This document shows, piece after piece, positions 32,362-42,544 of a DNA stretch of 64,000 nt (position 1 is its first letter; every line of letters starts with the position of its first letter). Source of the DNA: Elainellaceae cyanobacterium (GTDB lineage Bacteria > Cyanobacteriota > Cyanobacteriia > CAZCXK01); contig JBNPEG010000021.1 in NCBI GenBank assembly GCA_051117555.1, positions 63,101 through 127,100 of the forward strand, given 5' to 3'. The position numbers and the translations under genes were made by a program. The notes beneath the pieces are model-generated. The model saw only the letters and a program-made list of their open reading frames with translations. It searched no databases and was not told where the DNA came from.

Positions 32362-33846
32362 ATGACAGTTGCTGCTCCTGCCAAAACAAACTACGAAGCC
32401 ATTATCGGGCTAGAAACTCATTGCCAACTCAGCACCGAGACGAAAATTTTCTCAACTAGTTCGACTGAGTTCGGCGCAACTCCGAATACCTACATTGATC
32501 CGGTTTGCATGGGGCTACCGGGAGTGTTGCCCGTCCTCAACCAAACAGTATTGGAATATTCTGTCAAAGCAGGACTGGCACTGAATTGCGAAATTGCACC
32601 TTACAGCAAATTTGACCGAAAGCAATATTTTTACCCAGATTTGCCTAAAAACTATCAGATTTCTCAGTACGATTTGCCGATTGCCCAGCATGGCTGGCTC
32701 GAAATTGAGCTGGTTGATGATGCTGGCAATCCCGTCCGCAAGCGCATTGGCATCACTCGCCTACACATGGAAGAAGATGCTGGCAAATTGGTCCACGGGG
32801 GGAGCGATCGCCTATCCGGATCAACCTTCTCGCTCGTAGACTACAACCGCGCTGGCGTGCCGTTGGTTGAGATCGTATCAGAGCCTGACATCCGTTCTGG
32901 GCAAGAAGCTGCCGAATATGCCCAAGAACTGCGGCGCATTATGCGCTATCTCGGCGTGAGTGACGGCAACATGCAGGAAGGATCACTTCGATGCGATGTC
33001 AATATCTCAGTGCGCCCCGTGGGGCAGGAGAAATTTGGCACGAAGGTCGAAATTAAAAACATGAACTCGTTTAGCGCGATCGCCAAAGCCATCGACTACG
33101 AAATTGAGCGGCAGATTGCCGCCCTCGAAGCTGGGGAGCCCATTATCCAAGAAACTCGCCTCTGGGAAGAAGGAGCACAGCGCACTATTAGTATGCGTGT
33201 CAAGGAAGGATCGAGTGACTATCGATACTTCCCAGAGCCTGATCTCGGCCCTATCGAAGTTTCGTCAGAACAGCTTGAACAATGGCGATCAGAGCTGCCC
33301 GAGCTGCCCGCAGAAAAGCGGCGACGCTATGAACACGAACTTGAGCTGTCACCGTATGACGCAAGGGTGTTAACTGACGATCTCACCATCGCTCGTTATT
33401 TTGAATCGGTGGTGGCTGCTGGAGCCACTCCAAAACTTGCTGCCAATTGGATTACCCAGGACATCAGCGCATATCTCAACAAAAATAAGCTGTCTATTAC
33501 CGAAATTGCTCTCGCGCCCAACAGCTTAGCTGAGCTAATTACGCTGATTGAAGACAGCACAATCAGCACCAAAATCGGCAAAGATATTCTTCCCGACCTT
33601 CTGACACAAGGCGGATCTGCCAAAGAGCTAGTTGAGAAGAAAGGGCTAATTCAAATTTCTGATGCTAATGCGATTGAGCCCATCATTGATGAGGTTTTAA
33701 CCAATCATCCCGACGAGCTTGAAAAATATCGGGGTGGCAAGAAAAAGCTTTTAGGCTTTTTCGTTGGACAAGTCATGAAGCAAACGGGCGGCAAAGCCGA
33801 TCCAAAATTAACCAACCAGCTTCTCAAGAAAAAGCTAGATGGCTAG
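32362..33846 (+). CDS. gatB: Asp-tRNA(Asn)/Glu-tRNA(Gln) amidotransferase subunit B
   Basis: [44 protein letters not shown] and [10 protein letters not shown]. Confidence 0.98.
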   Translation: MTVAAPAKTNYEAIIGLETHCQLSTETKIFSTSSTEFGATPNTYIDPVCMGLPGVLPVLNQTVLEYSVKAGLALNCEIAPYSKFDRKQYFYPDLPKNYQISQYDLPIAQHGWLEIELVDDAGNPVRKRIGITRLHMEEDAGKLVHGGSDRLSGSTFSLVDYNRAGVPLVEIVSEPDIRSGQEAAEYAQELRRIMRYLGVSDGNMQEGSLRCDVNISVRPVGQEKFGTKVEIKNMNSFSAIAKAIDYEIERQIAALEAGEPIIQETRLWEEGAQRTISMRVKEGSSDYRYFPEPDLGPIEVSSEQLEQWRSELPELPAEKRRRYEHELELSPYDARVLTDDLTIARYFESVVAAGATPKLAANWITQDISAYLNKNKLSITEIALAPNSLAELITLIEDSTISTKIGKDILPDLLTQGGSAKELVEKKGLIQISDANAIEPIIDEVLTNHPDELEKYRGGKKKLLGFFVGQVMKQTGGKADPKLTNQLLKKKLDG

Positions 33847-33972
33847 CAGTTCGGCAAACCTTACATCTCAGTTCCCAAACTTATTCGGTAGCTGCGCCCT
33901 ATAATCTGTCAGCGTCAATGCAAGAAGTCTGTGACGGTTCTTCTGTGCCTGAGATACGAGTGAGGTCAGGAC

Positions 33973-34008
33973 GAGGGGTGTCACCCCTTTTCATTAAAAG
34001 GTCATAAT
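33973..34008 (+). promoter_or_regulatory. Palindromic operator (HetR-box-like) plus -10 box, unit 1
   Basis: GAGGGGT-GTC-ACCCCTT at 33973-33989; CATAAT at 34003-34008. Confidence 0.6.
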
Positions 34009-34013
34009 GTGAT

Positions 34014-34061
34014 AAGGAATGAACCCTTATGTGGGAGAGTCGACGGTAGCTCTCCTTTTTT
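34014..34061 (+). ncRNA. Putative ~48-nt sRNA, copy 1 (NsiR1-like)
   Basis: AAGGAATGAACCCTTATGTG followed by the terminator GGAGAGT..GCTCTCC-T6. Homologous to copy 2. Confidence 0.55.
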
Positions 34062-34066
34062 CATCT

Positions 34067-34179
34067 CTATAGCGATTCTAAATCGCGTGTGAATTGTGTG
34101 AGTGTGCTAAGCACAGAGATGGGGGTGTAGGCCATGGAGCCCCTACATCAACGGGTTTAACGTAAGCGAATACCGCTAT
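34067..34179. mobile_element. Chimeric TATAGC-ended mini-element (family A end fused to family B)
   Basis: 34067-34102 matches the family A arm CTATAGCGATTCTAAATCGC.TGTGAATTGTGTG; 34103-34179 matches family B (31865-31957) in reverse orientation. Confidence 0.65.
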
Positions 34180-34216
34180 CACGAAAAAAATTTTTCATTT
34201 TTAAAGAAATTATCTA

Positions 34217-34252
34217 AGGGGGTGTCACCCCTCATCCCCAACATGGCATAAT
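34217..34252 (+). promoter_or_regulatory. Palindromic operator (HetR-box-like) plus -10 box, unit 2
   Basis: AGGGGGT-GTC-ACCCCTC at 34217-34233; CATAAT at 34247-34252, the same spacing as unit 1. Confidence 0.6.
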
Positions 34253-34257
34253 ATGTT

Positions 34258-34308
34258 AAGTAGATGCACCCTGATGGTCGGGAGAGTTTTATGGCTCTCC
34301 CTTTTTTT
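34258..34308 (+). ncRNA. Putative ~51-nt sRNA, copy 2 (NsiR1-like)
   Basis: AAGTAGATGCACCCTGATGGTC followed by the terminator GGGAGAGT..GCTCTCCC-T7. Confidence 0.6.
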
Positions 34309-34657
34309 ATGCCCAAATCTGTCGGCAATCCTAAACTGCGACTCTATTTACATCTAGAAGCTTTCATCACAAAGAGCTCCAGGATGGTCTTCAGATGCGC
34401 TCTATCGCAATTTTCCAATTGCGCTAAGTCTAGATAGGACGTTGGCTAGTTCAACATCGTCTCAGGACATTCCAATTTGGCAGGCGATCGCCCGCTAAAT
34501 TCTTAACCGACGGTTCTTTTTAGCCCTCTATCGTGAGTCAAGAGCGTAATTGAGCAAACGGTTAACGTCTCAGGATTCGATAACCCGAACTCAAACCTCG
34601 TAATATAGAAAATGGAATTCATATTAGTACCTGTCGCTTAAATCAATCTCAATACTC

Positions 34658-36124
34658 ATGTTTGAAGCTCTTTCAGAACGTCTAGAGGGAGCCTGGAAGA
34701 AGCTCCGGGGTCAAGACAAAATCTCTGAGGCAAATATCCAAGAAGCCTTGAGAGAGGTGCGACGAGCCCTACTTGAGGCAGATGTCAGCCTGCAAGTAGT
34801 GAAGGATTTTGTTTCAGATGTTCAAACCAAGGCACTGGGTGCCGATGTCATTGCAGGGGTTCGTCCTGATCAGCAGTTCATTAAGATTGTTCACGATGAG
34901 CTCGTTTCGATCATGGGAGAAACGAATGCTCCTCTTGCAAAGGCTGACACTCCACCAACAATCGTATTAATGGCAGGGTTGCAAGGAACAGGTAAAACCA
35001 CCGCCTCTGCTAAGCTTGCCCTTCAGCTACGCAAACAAAATCGCAGCTCAATGCTGGTCGCTACCGACGTGTATCGTCCTGCTGCTGTTGATCAGCTCAT
35101 CACGCTAGGGCAGCAGATTAATGTTCCGGTCTTTGACCTGGGTACCGATGCAAATCCTGTTGAGATTGCTCGACAGGGGGTTGAAAAAGCCAGAGCAGAG
35201 GGCATTGACACGGTCATCATTGATACAGCAGGCCGATTACAAATTGACCAGTCGATGATGAGTGAATTGGCTGAGATCAAGCGTACCGTCAATCCAGATG
35301 AGGTGCTGCTGGTAGTCGACGCCATGACGGGTCAGGAAGCCGCAAACTTAACGCGCACCTTCCATGATGAAATTGGCATCACTGGAGCAATTCTCACAAA
35401 GCTAGATGGAGACACCCGAGGAGGTGCGGCTCTGTCAGTCCGCCGGATTTCGGGGCAACCCATCAAATTTGTCGGCGTTGGTGAAAAGGTCGAAGCATTA
35501 CAGCCCTTTTATCCCGACCGGATGGCATCTCGAATTCTAGGGATGGGCGATGTCTTGACGCTTGTCGAAAAGGCGCAGGAAGAAGTCGATTTTGCAGAAG
35601 CTGAGAAAATGCAGGAGAAAATTCTCTCGGCGCAGTTCGATTTCACCGATTTTCTCAAACAAACCCGCATGCTTAAGACTATGGGGTCCTTAGGCGGCTT
35701 GGCAAAGCTCATCCCTGGCATGAACAAAATTTCGAGCGACCAGCTTGAGAAAGGGGAAACCCAGCTTAAGCGGGCAGAAGCCATGATCAACTCAATGACC
35801 CAAGAGGAACGGCGCCATCCAGATTTATTGTCGGGTTCACCGAGCCGCCGTCGTCGAATTGCTAAAGGGTCTGGGTATGGGCTGGATGATGTCAGCAAGC
35901 TCGTGAGTGATTTCCAAAAAATGCGATCGCTCATGCAGCAAATGGGGCAGGGCCAGTTGATGCCTGGAATGCCTGGAATGCCTGGAATGCCTGGAATGGG
36001 AGGAAATGCTGGGGCTCCTGGCAATATGGGAGGAGCTCGACCGGGTTGGCGTGGCTATCCAGGGCCTGCGGGATCGTCAAAGAAAAAGAAGAAAAAGAAG
36101 AAAAAGGGATTTGGTTCCCTGTAG
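34658..36124 (+). CDS. ffh: Signal recognition particle protein Ffh
   Basis: GLQGTGKTT, DTAGR and TKLDGD motifs, and a Met-rich M domain with an MPG tandem repeat. Confidence 0.98.
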   Translation: MFEALSERLEGAWKKLRGQDKISEANIQEALREVRRALLEADVSLQVVKDFVSDVQTKALGADVIAGVRPDQQFIKIVHDELVSIMGETNAPLAKADTPPTIVLMAGLQGTGKTTASAKLALQLRKQNRSSMLVATDVYRPAAVDQLITLGQQINVPVFDLGTDANPVEIARQGVEKARAEGIDTVIIDTAGRLQIDQSMMSELAEIKRTVNPDEVLLVVDAMTGQEAANLTRTFHDEIGITGAILTKLDGDTRGGAALSVRRISGQPIKFVGVGEKVEALQPFYPDRMASRILGMGDVLTLVEKAQEEVDFAEAEKMQEKILSAQFDFTDFLKQTRMLKTMGSLGGLAKLIPGMNKISSDQLEKGETQLKRAEAMINSMTQEERRHPDLLSGSPSRRRRIAKGSGYGLDDVSKLVSDFQKMRSLMQQMGQGQLMPGMPGMPGMPGMGGNAGAPGNMGGARPGWRGYPGPAGSSKKKKKKKKKGFGSL

Positions 36125-36286
36125 AGATGAGTGTCTCATACCACACAAAATGGTCATTCTCTGAATTTAAGTGGTATCATCAATAGTTTCAGGCTTAAAA
36201 TTGACCTGACGTATGGGCTCACGATCCCACAAACCTTTTTAACTTTAAAACGCACCGCTAGATTTCTCAGGAGTATACGATTCAGC

Positions 36287-36535
36287 ATGATCAAGCTGCG
36301 ACTCAAACGATATGGTAAAAAGCGCGAGGTTAGCTATCGGATTGTTGCAATGAATAGCAGCAATCGCCGAGATGGGCGTCCGCTTGAAGAACTGGGCTTC
36401 TATAACCCCAGAACCGATGAAACCCGGTTGGAAGTTCCCGCTATTGTCAAACGCCTGCAAAGCGGAGCACAACCAACCCCAACGGTACGCCGACTTCTAG
36501 AAAAAGCAAACGTCTTTGAACAGGTCAATGCCTGA
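36287..36535 (+). CDS. rpsP: 30S ribosomal protein S16
   Basis: [12 protein letters not shown]...YRIVA...[15 protein letters not shown]. True start at 36287. Confidence 0.97.
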   Translation: MIKLRLKRYGKKREVSYRIVAMNSSNRRDGRPLEELGFYNPRTDETRLEVPAIVKRLQSGAQPTPTVRRLLEKANVFEQVNA

Positions 36536-36542
36536 TTAAGTC

Positions 36543-36935
36543 GTGTCTGATTCGCATACTCATTCGTCCCCATCCTCGTCTGCTGGTTCGCAATCGTCGG
36601 AGCCAGACTATACTCAGCTTGTTAGATTTTTGGTTCAGCCATTTTTAGAATCCCCCGATTCTTTGAAGGTTGATTCCGAAGTGTCTGAGCGCACGGGTCG
36701 TGTGCTGATTCGTTTGGCAATCGAAGGAGAAGACAAAGGGAGGGTCTTTGGACGCGGTGGGCGCAATATTCAAGCAATTCGGACGGTCATTCACGCTATA
36801 TCAAAGGCGGCAGGTCATGTGGCGCATCTCGAAATTTATGGGGGAGCGCCAACTGAGCCCACATCGCACGACAGACCTCGTTCGTCAAAGCCACCGTCTC
36901 GCCGCCCGTCTCGTCCTCGTTCTCGAAATACCTGA
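36543..36935 (+). CDS. khpA: KH domain RNA-binding protein (KhpA)
   Basis: DKGRVFGRGGRNIQAIRTV KH motif, directly downstream of rpsP. Confidence 0.9.
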   Translation: MSDSHTHSSPSSSAGSQSSEPDYTQLVRFLVQPFLESPDSLKVDSEVSERTGRVLIRLAIEGEDKGRVFGRGGRNIQAIRTVIHAISKAAGHVAHLEIYGGAPTEPTSHDRPRSSKPPSRRPSRPRSRNT

Positions 36936-37083
36936 TCGATTCATGGGCACGGGGGAGATATCGATGTCTAAGGCGTATAGGGCAGAGTCTAGGCGATCGA
37001 ACTGATTATTCAAATCAGCTTAATGGTATATGTGTCTAGTTTTTTTACTTAAGTTTGGCAACTTGGGGAGGTTGATAGGTGAG

Positions 37084-37257
37084 ATGGCAGAGATTCGTCT
37101 AGCAGAAAACGAATCGCTTGAATCGGCGTTGCGACGCTTTAAGAAAAAAATTCAGCGGGCTGGAATTTTGTCTGAAGTTAGACGACGCGAGCGCTACGAA
37201 AAGCCTAGCCTGCGTCGAAAGCGCAAATTAGAGGCCGCACGTAAGCGGTTTCGATAA
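37084..37257 (+). CDS. rpsU: 30S ribosomal protein S21
   Basis: [15 protein letters not shown]...YEKPS. Start at the ATG at 37084. Confidence 0.95.
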   Translation: MAEIRLAENESLESALRRFKKKIQRAGILSEVRRRERYEKPSLRRKRKLEAARKRFR

Positions 37258-37376
37258 TTGAGTTAGGCAGTGACTGCATCGTCACGCAGTGCTTTTGTTA
37301 GTGTATTTAACACGGTTGAGACGTTTGCAATCCGAGGGAGCTAGACGGGTTTCAAACGTCTTTTAAATAAGACTAC

Positions 37377-38357
37377 ATGCCAAACAGTACCATCATCGAA
37401 TTACCTGACCAAACGAGTGCGATCGCCCTTGCAGGTTCTCACGAAGAAAATCTCAAACAACTGTCGCGGCTAACTGGAGCAACGGTTGTGCTGCGTGGGC
37501 AAGAGTTGATGATCTCTGGAATTGATCGAGCCATTGAGCAGTGTCAAGCACTCGTGCGATCGCTCGAACCTTATTGGAGCCGTGGTAAGAGCATCACCGG
37601 GGTTGACATTCTTACAGCGCGACATGCCCTCGACACCGCCAGCCAAGATGAGCTGCGCAGTCTGCAACGGGATGTCTTAGCTCGGACTCGCCGTGGAGAA
37701 GACATTCGTGCTAAAACATTTCGTCAACGTCAGTATATTCAAGCAATTCGCACTCATGATCTGACCTTTTGCATCGGCCCCGCCGGGACTGGCAAAACAT
37801 TTTTGGCAGCGATCGTTGCAGTACAAGCGCTGCTGGCCGATGAATATGAGCGCTTGATCCTGACGCGTCCTGCAGTCGAAGCAGGCGAAAAACTCGGCTT
37901 TTTGCCCGGAGATTTGCAGCAAAAGGTCAACCCCTATCTCAGACCGCTCTACGATGCGCTCCACGAACTCATCGATCCAGAAAAAATCCCGAGTTTAATG
38001 GAGCGAGGCGTCATTGAAGTGGCTCCGATTGCCTACATGCGGGGTCGAACGCTCAACAACTCGTTTGTCATTTTGGACGAAGCCCAAAATACCACGCCTG
38101 CTCAGATGAAGATGATTCTAACCCGGTTAGGGTTTGGTTCTCGCATGGTGGTCACCGGCGATATTACCCAGACTGACCTCCCCAGCTATCGACAGTCTGG
38201 GCTTGCCCTTGCCGAGCATATTCTTCGCCCAGTTAATGAGATTGCATTCTGCCGCCTCACGCAGGGTGATGTGGTTCGGCATCCGCTGGTGCAGCGCATC
38301 GTCGAAGCCTATGAGCGCTATGAGAGTAAGCATGAGAGCAAGCAAACGAAGATGTGA
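37377..38357 (+). CDS. phoH: PhoH family ATPase
   Basis: GPAGTGKT, RPAVEAGEKLGFLPGD, YMRGRTL, DEAQN and VVRHPLV motifs. Confidence 0.95.
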   Translation: MPNSTIIELPDQTSAIALAGSHEENLKQLSRLTGATVVLRGQELMISGIDRAIEQCQALVRSLEPYWSRGKSITGVDILTARHALDTASQDELRSLQRDVLARTRRGEDIRAKTFRQRQYIQAIRTHDLTFCIGPAGTGKTFLAAIVAVQALLADEYERLILTRPAVEAGEKLGFLPGDLQQKVNPYLRPLYDALHELIDPEKIPSLMERGVIEVAPIAYMRGRTLNNSFVILDEAQNTTPAQMKMILTRLGFGSRMVVTGDITQTDLPSYRQSGLALAEHILRPVNEIAFCRLTQGDVVRHPLVQRIVEAYERYESKHESKQTKM

Positions 38358-38457
38358 GGTAGGGTGATTGGCATGCGATCGCCGCGACACCAGCACATCC
38401 ACTCACCAGCACATCCACTATTTTGTGTGCCTAGAATTTTACCTGCCCAGACGCAGA

Positions 38458-40473
38458 TCACATTACGGCAGATTCTTCAGTCTGCGGGTGAAAATAATCA
38501 TAAATCTGCTGTGCCAGTTTAGGGCCGATCCCCGGTACTTCTGAAATTTGCTCAGCGGTAGCTTCCCGAATGTAATCAATCGATCGGAAATGCGCCAGCA
38601 GCTCCTTCTTGCGATTACTGCCCAATCCAGGGATCTCACTCAAGCGCGATCGCCGCATCCGATCGGTGCGCTTCTTGCGATGAAAACTGACAGCAAATCG
38701 GTGTGCTTCATCCCGCAGTCGCCTAAGTAATTGCACTCCAGGCTGCTCTGGATCGGTATCGAGAGGAACCGACTCACCCGGTAGAAAAATTTCTTCCCGC
38801 TGTTTAGCCAGCGACACGACTCTCACCTCCTCCAGGAGATTCATCTCCCGCAACACGGTAACGACCGCCGAAAGCTGCCCCTTGCCGCCGTCAATCATGA
38901 TTAAGTCGGGGAAATCAGTGGAGGAGGGTGAAGACAACGCTTGAGAAGATAGGGACGTCGAGATCGAGGCTTGATCTGACCGCCCATTTGAAGAGGCTGC
39001 TAATGTCGCGTCCGATCCCGATTGAAGAGCGCTAACCGCAGACGCACTCCTCTCTGATTTCTGCTTCGCATATCGGCGAAATCGCCGCTGGATAACTTCT
39101 GCCATACTGGCAAAGTCGTCTGAATGCCCAGCCCGCACCTCGGGATTTTTGATCTTGTAGTGGCGGTAATGCTGCTTAGCGGGTAAGCCATCCACAAAGA
39201 CCACCTGAGACGCAACGGCATCTGACCCTTGAATATGTGAAATGTCGTAGCCTTCGATGCGATGCGGCAAGTCGGGCAGATCGAGTAGTTCAGCCAGGTC
39301 GAGCATGGCGCGATTATTGCGATCGGCAAACCGCTGAGTTCTTGCTAACTCATAGCCTGCATTGCGCTCAACCATTTCGATCAAATCGGCTTTCGCCTGG
39401 CGCTGAGGCACATAAACAGATACTTTGCGCCCCCGTTGCTGAGAGAGATAATTGGCTAAAATCTCGCTTTCAGGGAGCTCATGCTGAACCAGAATCTCGG
39501 CAGGAATCTCAACCGGATCAACTGTTTGGTAGTGGTCTTCAAGCGCCCGTTGCAAAATTTCGCCGGGTGTCCCCGATTGGGCATCGGCAAAGAATCCTAA
39601 ATGGCCGACCAATCGTCCTGCTCGAACCTGGAATAGCTGAATACACGCATGCTGATCGTCTGCCATGAGGGCGATCGCATCTCGGGTTACCGTATCATCC
39701 GGGCTAGATACTTTCTGATCCGCTCCTAGATTCTGAATACCGCGAAGCTGATCTCGGTAGCGGGCTGCCAGTTCAAAATTTAGAGTCTCAGCGGCGTGCT
39801 CCATCTGCTCGGTGAGAATGTCTTCCAGTTCCTTTGTCCTGCCCTGAAAGATCATGGCAACCCGCTGAATGATTTTGTGATAGTCGTCTGGGGAAATGAG
39901 CTGCTGGCAAACTCCAGGACACCGACCAATGTCATAGTTAAGGCAAGGTCGATCCTTGAACAGCGGCTGAGGGCGTTGTCGCAGTGGAAAAATGCGTTTA
40001 ACGAGGCTGAGAGTCCGTCGCAGTGCCCCCACATTGACATACGGCCCGTAGTAGCGATCGCGCGTTGTGCCTAATCTGCGCTTTCGAGTAATAAAAATTC
40101 GAGGATAGTCATCAGACCAGGTGATGCAAAGATAGGGATATTTTTTATCATCCCGAAGCAGCACGTTGAAATGGGGCTGATGCTGCTTAATTAAGTTTGC
40201 TTCGAGGGCAAGCGCCTCTGCTTCACTGTCGGTGACAATAAATTCGATCTCAGCGACCTGCATAACCATGAGGGCAATGCGTGGACTGAGACTATGATCA
40301 TCCCGAAAATAAGACCGAACGCGCGATCGCAGCTTTTTTGATTTACCAATGTAGAGGATGTTATCGTGGGCGTCTCTCATAAAGTAGACGCCCGGAGTTG
40401 GGGGAATTTCTTTGAGTCGAGTTTCGAGTCGTTCGGGATCTTTGACTAAGGGCTGAGGTCCATGAGTTGCCAT
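38458..40473 (-). CDS. uvrC: Excinuclease ABC subunit C
   Basis: GIY-YIG (GVY..YIGKS), [25 protein letters not shown] and HhH C-terminus. Carries an S/A-rich insertion. Confidence 0.97.
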   Translation of the reverse strand: MATHGPQPLVKDPERLETRLKEIPPTPGVYFMRDAHDNILYIGKSKKLRSRVRSYFRDDHSLSPRIALMVMQVAEIEFIVTDSEAEALALEANLIKQHQPHFNVLLRDDKKYPYLCITWSDDYPRIFITRKRRLGTTRDRYYGPYVNVGALRRTLSLVKRIFPLRQRPQPLFKDRPCLNYDIGRCPGVCQQLISPDDYHKIIQRVAMIFQGRTKELEDILTEQMEHAAETLNFELAARYRDQLRGIQNLGADQKVSSPDDTVTRDAIALMADDQHACIQLFQVRAGRLVGHLGFFADAQSGTPGEILQRALEDHYQTVDPVEIPAEILVQHELPESEILANYLSQQRGRKVSVYVPQRQAKADLIEMVERNAGYELARTQRFADRNNRAMLDLAELLDLPDLPHRIEGYDISHIQGSDAVASQVVFVDGLPAKQHYRHYKIKNPEVRAGHSDDFASMAEVIQRRFRRYAKQKSERSASAVSALQSGSDATLAASSNGRSDQASISTSLSSQALSSPSSTDFPDLIMIDGGKGQLSAVVTVLREMNLLEEVRVVSLAKQREEIFLPGESVPLDTDPEQPGVQLLRRLRDEAHRFAVSFHRKKRTDRMRRSRLSEIPGLGSNRKKELLAHFRSIDYIREATAEQISEVPGIGPKLAQQIYDYFHPQTEESAVM

Positions 40474-40627
40474 CAGTTACGCTAGTGCATCCTTTCTAAT
40501 CGCGCTCTGCTTATAGCATAACCAGAATTGGCGATCGCCGTGTATTGTAACGGGTTATGGCAACTGGTTAATCTCAAGATAGGGTATTGGTAAGCACACA
40601 TTTGAAGGCAGAATTAATACACATCCC

Positions 40628-41080
40628 ATGGAAATCTTAGACTTCGTTGCCTGGTTTATTGTCATTGGAGGGTTAGCAGGCATCGGCTTTGCTGCCATGA
40701 TGTGGGCATATTTGGGAGCGGGCAGCATCTCAGTTGTGTTTGATGACCCTGTCCAGTTGCCTGAAGACCCTATAGAAGTGAGCGATGTTAAGGCATTTGA
40801 CTCTATTCAGCATGGAATCGATGCCTTCAAAAACAAGACCTATCGAGACGCTGTTGTGGAGTTTAGTAAAGCAATCCAGGCGGCTCCTCAATTCGCTGAA
40901 GCCTATCACAATCGAGGTCTAGCATTTGCCAACCTGCGCCAAGACGGGGATGCCGCACGAGACTTAGCGCGAGCAAGCGAACTCTACATGGAACAAGACA
41001 ATCAAGCCGGGATAGCTGCGATTAGGCAAAATTTTGAGGTAATAAAAACCAGAAAAGACGAGGCGCAAAACTCTAAATAG
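40628..41080 (+). CDS. Membrane-anchored tetratricopeptide repeat protein
   Basis: N-terminal TM helix; TPR motif AEAYHNRGLAFANL. Confidence 0.8.
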   Translation: MEILDFVAWFIVIGGLAGIGFAAMMWAYLGAGSISVVFDDPVQLPEDPIEVSDVKAFDSIQHGIDAFKNKTYRDAVVEFSKAIQAAPQFAEAYHNRGLAFANLRQDGDAARDLARASELYMEQDNQAGIAAIRQNFEVIKTRKDEAQNSK

Positions 41081-41081
41081 C

Positions 41082-41276
41082 CTAGTGCTTTCTAATATCT
41101 TCCACTCGATCGTGAATCGTGTCTTGAGTGTCATCCAGCCAATCTTCGATGTCTTCAAAAATTTCTTCAACTTTGGGGCTGGTCATTTCTACCAGCGGAT
41201 CCCCCACCACGCGCACAATCAGTCCGCTCACCGTAGTAATAATCAAGACACTAAACCAGCCGAGACGATAATTCAT
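41082..41276 (-). CDS. Small hypothetical membrane protein
   Basis: 64 aa with one TM helix and an acidic amphipathic C-terminus; abuts the convergent TPR gene. Confidence 0.5.
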   Translation of the reverse strand: MNYRLGWFSVLIITTVSGLIVRVVGDPLVEMTSPKVEEIFEDIEDWLDDTQDTIHDRVEDIRKH

Positions 41277-41537
41277 ATGGATAACGCCAGACGCATTCGA
41301 CGAGTCAATTTACTTTCCACTTCCTACCGAGGTATCGCATGTCTGTTTAAACAGAATTATCATGGAATTTTGCCGAAGAACCCGGATAACAGCAAGGCGC
41401 CTACCTGAGTTTTTTACCTGAGTTCTTGAAAAGTGCTTCCGCATCGTAATGCTGTCTTGGGTTCATGATAAGCTCTTAGTTCTCTTAATTTTTCGTCTTA
41501 GTGCTTCATGTAGTGTTTTACCGTTTGGATACCAGGG

Positions 41538-42467
41538 ATGAGCATCGCTTCACTAACCGGACAAGACTTTTTGAGCATGGCTGACCTGAGTGCGACTCAC
41601 GTATATCAGTTGTTAGATTTAGCAGCCGCAATGAAAGCTGGAGACGTTGAGCCACGTTGCAATAAAGTTTTGGGGTTACTCTTTAATAAAGCGTCGACTC
41701 GGACAAGAGTGAGCTTTTCAGTAGCCATCTATCAGTTGGGGGGGCACGTGCTTGACCTCAACAGCAACGTGACTCAGGTTAAGCGAGGCGAACCCACTCA
41801 GGATACCGCGCGAGTTCTCGATCGCTATTTAGATATCGTCGCAATTCGCACCTTTGAACAAGGCGAATTAGAAACCTTCGCAAACTACGCCAATATTCCG
41901 GTTATTAATGCGCTCACCGATCTAGAGCATCCGTGCCAGGTTTTGGCAGATTTGCAAACCGTCAAAGAAACCTTTGGTCGCTTAGAGGGGCTTACGCTGG
42001 TCTATTTGGGCGATGGCAATAACGTTGCTCACTCCCTAATGCTGGGGTGTGCACTCGTCGGCATGAATGTCACGGTGGCAACCCCAGCGGACTTTCAACC
42101 CGACGCTCAAATTGTCAAACGTGCCCAAGAAATAGCGGGCGATCGCACGCACGTCCGCGTTAGCCAAGACCCACAGACAGCCGTCAAAGGAGCCCACGTT
42201 CTTTACACAGATGTTTGGGCCAGCATGGGACAAGAAGATTCAGCATCGAACCGAATCCCCATCTTCCAGCCCTATCAGCTCAATGAAACCCTCATGAGCC
42301 TTGCTGACTCTAGCGCGATCGCCCTCCACTGTCTTCCGGCTCATCGGGGTGAAGAGATTACTAACGGTGTGATGGAAGGCTCTCAATCCAAAATTTGGGA
42401 TCAAGCAGAAAATCGTCTTCATGCTCAGAAAGCCCTGTTAGCAAGTCTCTTGGGAGCAGTTGAATAA
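41538..42467 (+). CDS. argF: Ornithine carbamoyltransferase
   Basis: STRTRVSF, HPCQ, GDGNNV, TDVWASMG, HCLP and QAENR motifs. Confidence 0.97.
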   Translation: MSIASLTGQDFLSMADLSATHVYQLLDLAAAMKAGDVEPRCNKVLGLLFNKASTRTRVSFSVAIYQLGGHVLDLNSNVTQVKRGEPTQDTARVLDRYLDIVAIRTFEQGELETFANYANIPVINALTDLEHPCQVLADLQTVKETFGRLEGLTLVYLGDGNNVAHSLMLGCALVGMNVTVATPADFQPDAQIVKRAQEIAGDRTHVRVSQDPQTAVKGAHVLYTDVWASMGQEDSASNRIPIFQPYQLNETLMSLADSSAIALHCLPAHRGEEITNGVMEGSQSKIWDQAENRLHAQKALLASLLGAVE

Positions 42468-42544
42468 TGTGGAGAGTTGAAAGAGGGGTGGAAAATCTTG
42501 CAGCGGGGTCGGAGACTATCTAGAAGTCGTTTGAACGTTGAGCT

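Noticed and set aside
33973..34308. CRISPR array or SRP RNA (ffs) upstream of ffh
   Set aside because: There are only two units, each with promoter and terminator features rather than repeat-spacer structure. No cas genes are present, and I did not find the SRP domain IV motif (CAGG..GGAA..AGCAG).
35960..35999. ATGCCTGGA tandem repeat
   Set aside because: An in-frame MPG repeat in the Met/Gly-rich Ffh tail; ordinary low-complexity coding sequence.
38930..39070. Intein or mobile insertion in uvrC (and similarly in uvrA near 30830-30980)
   Set aside because: Short S/A- or D/S-rich in-frame loops without intein splice motifs; typical variable linkers.
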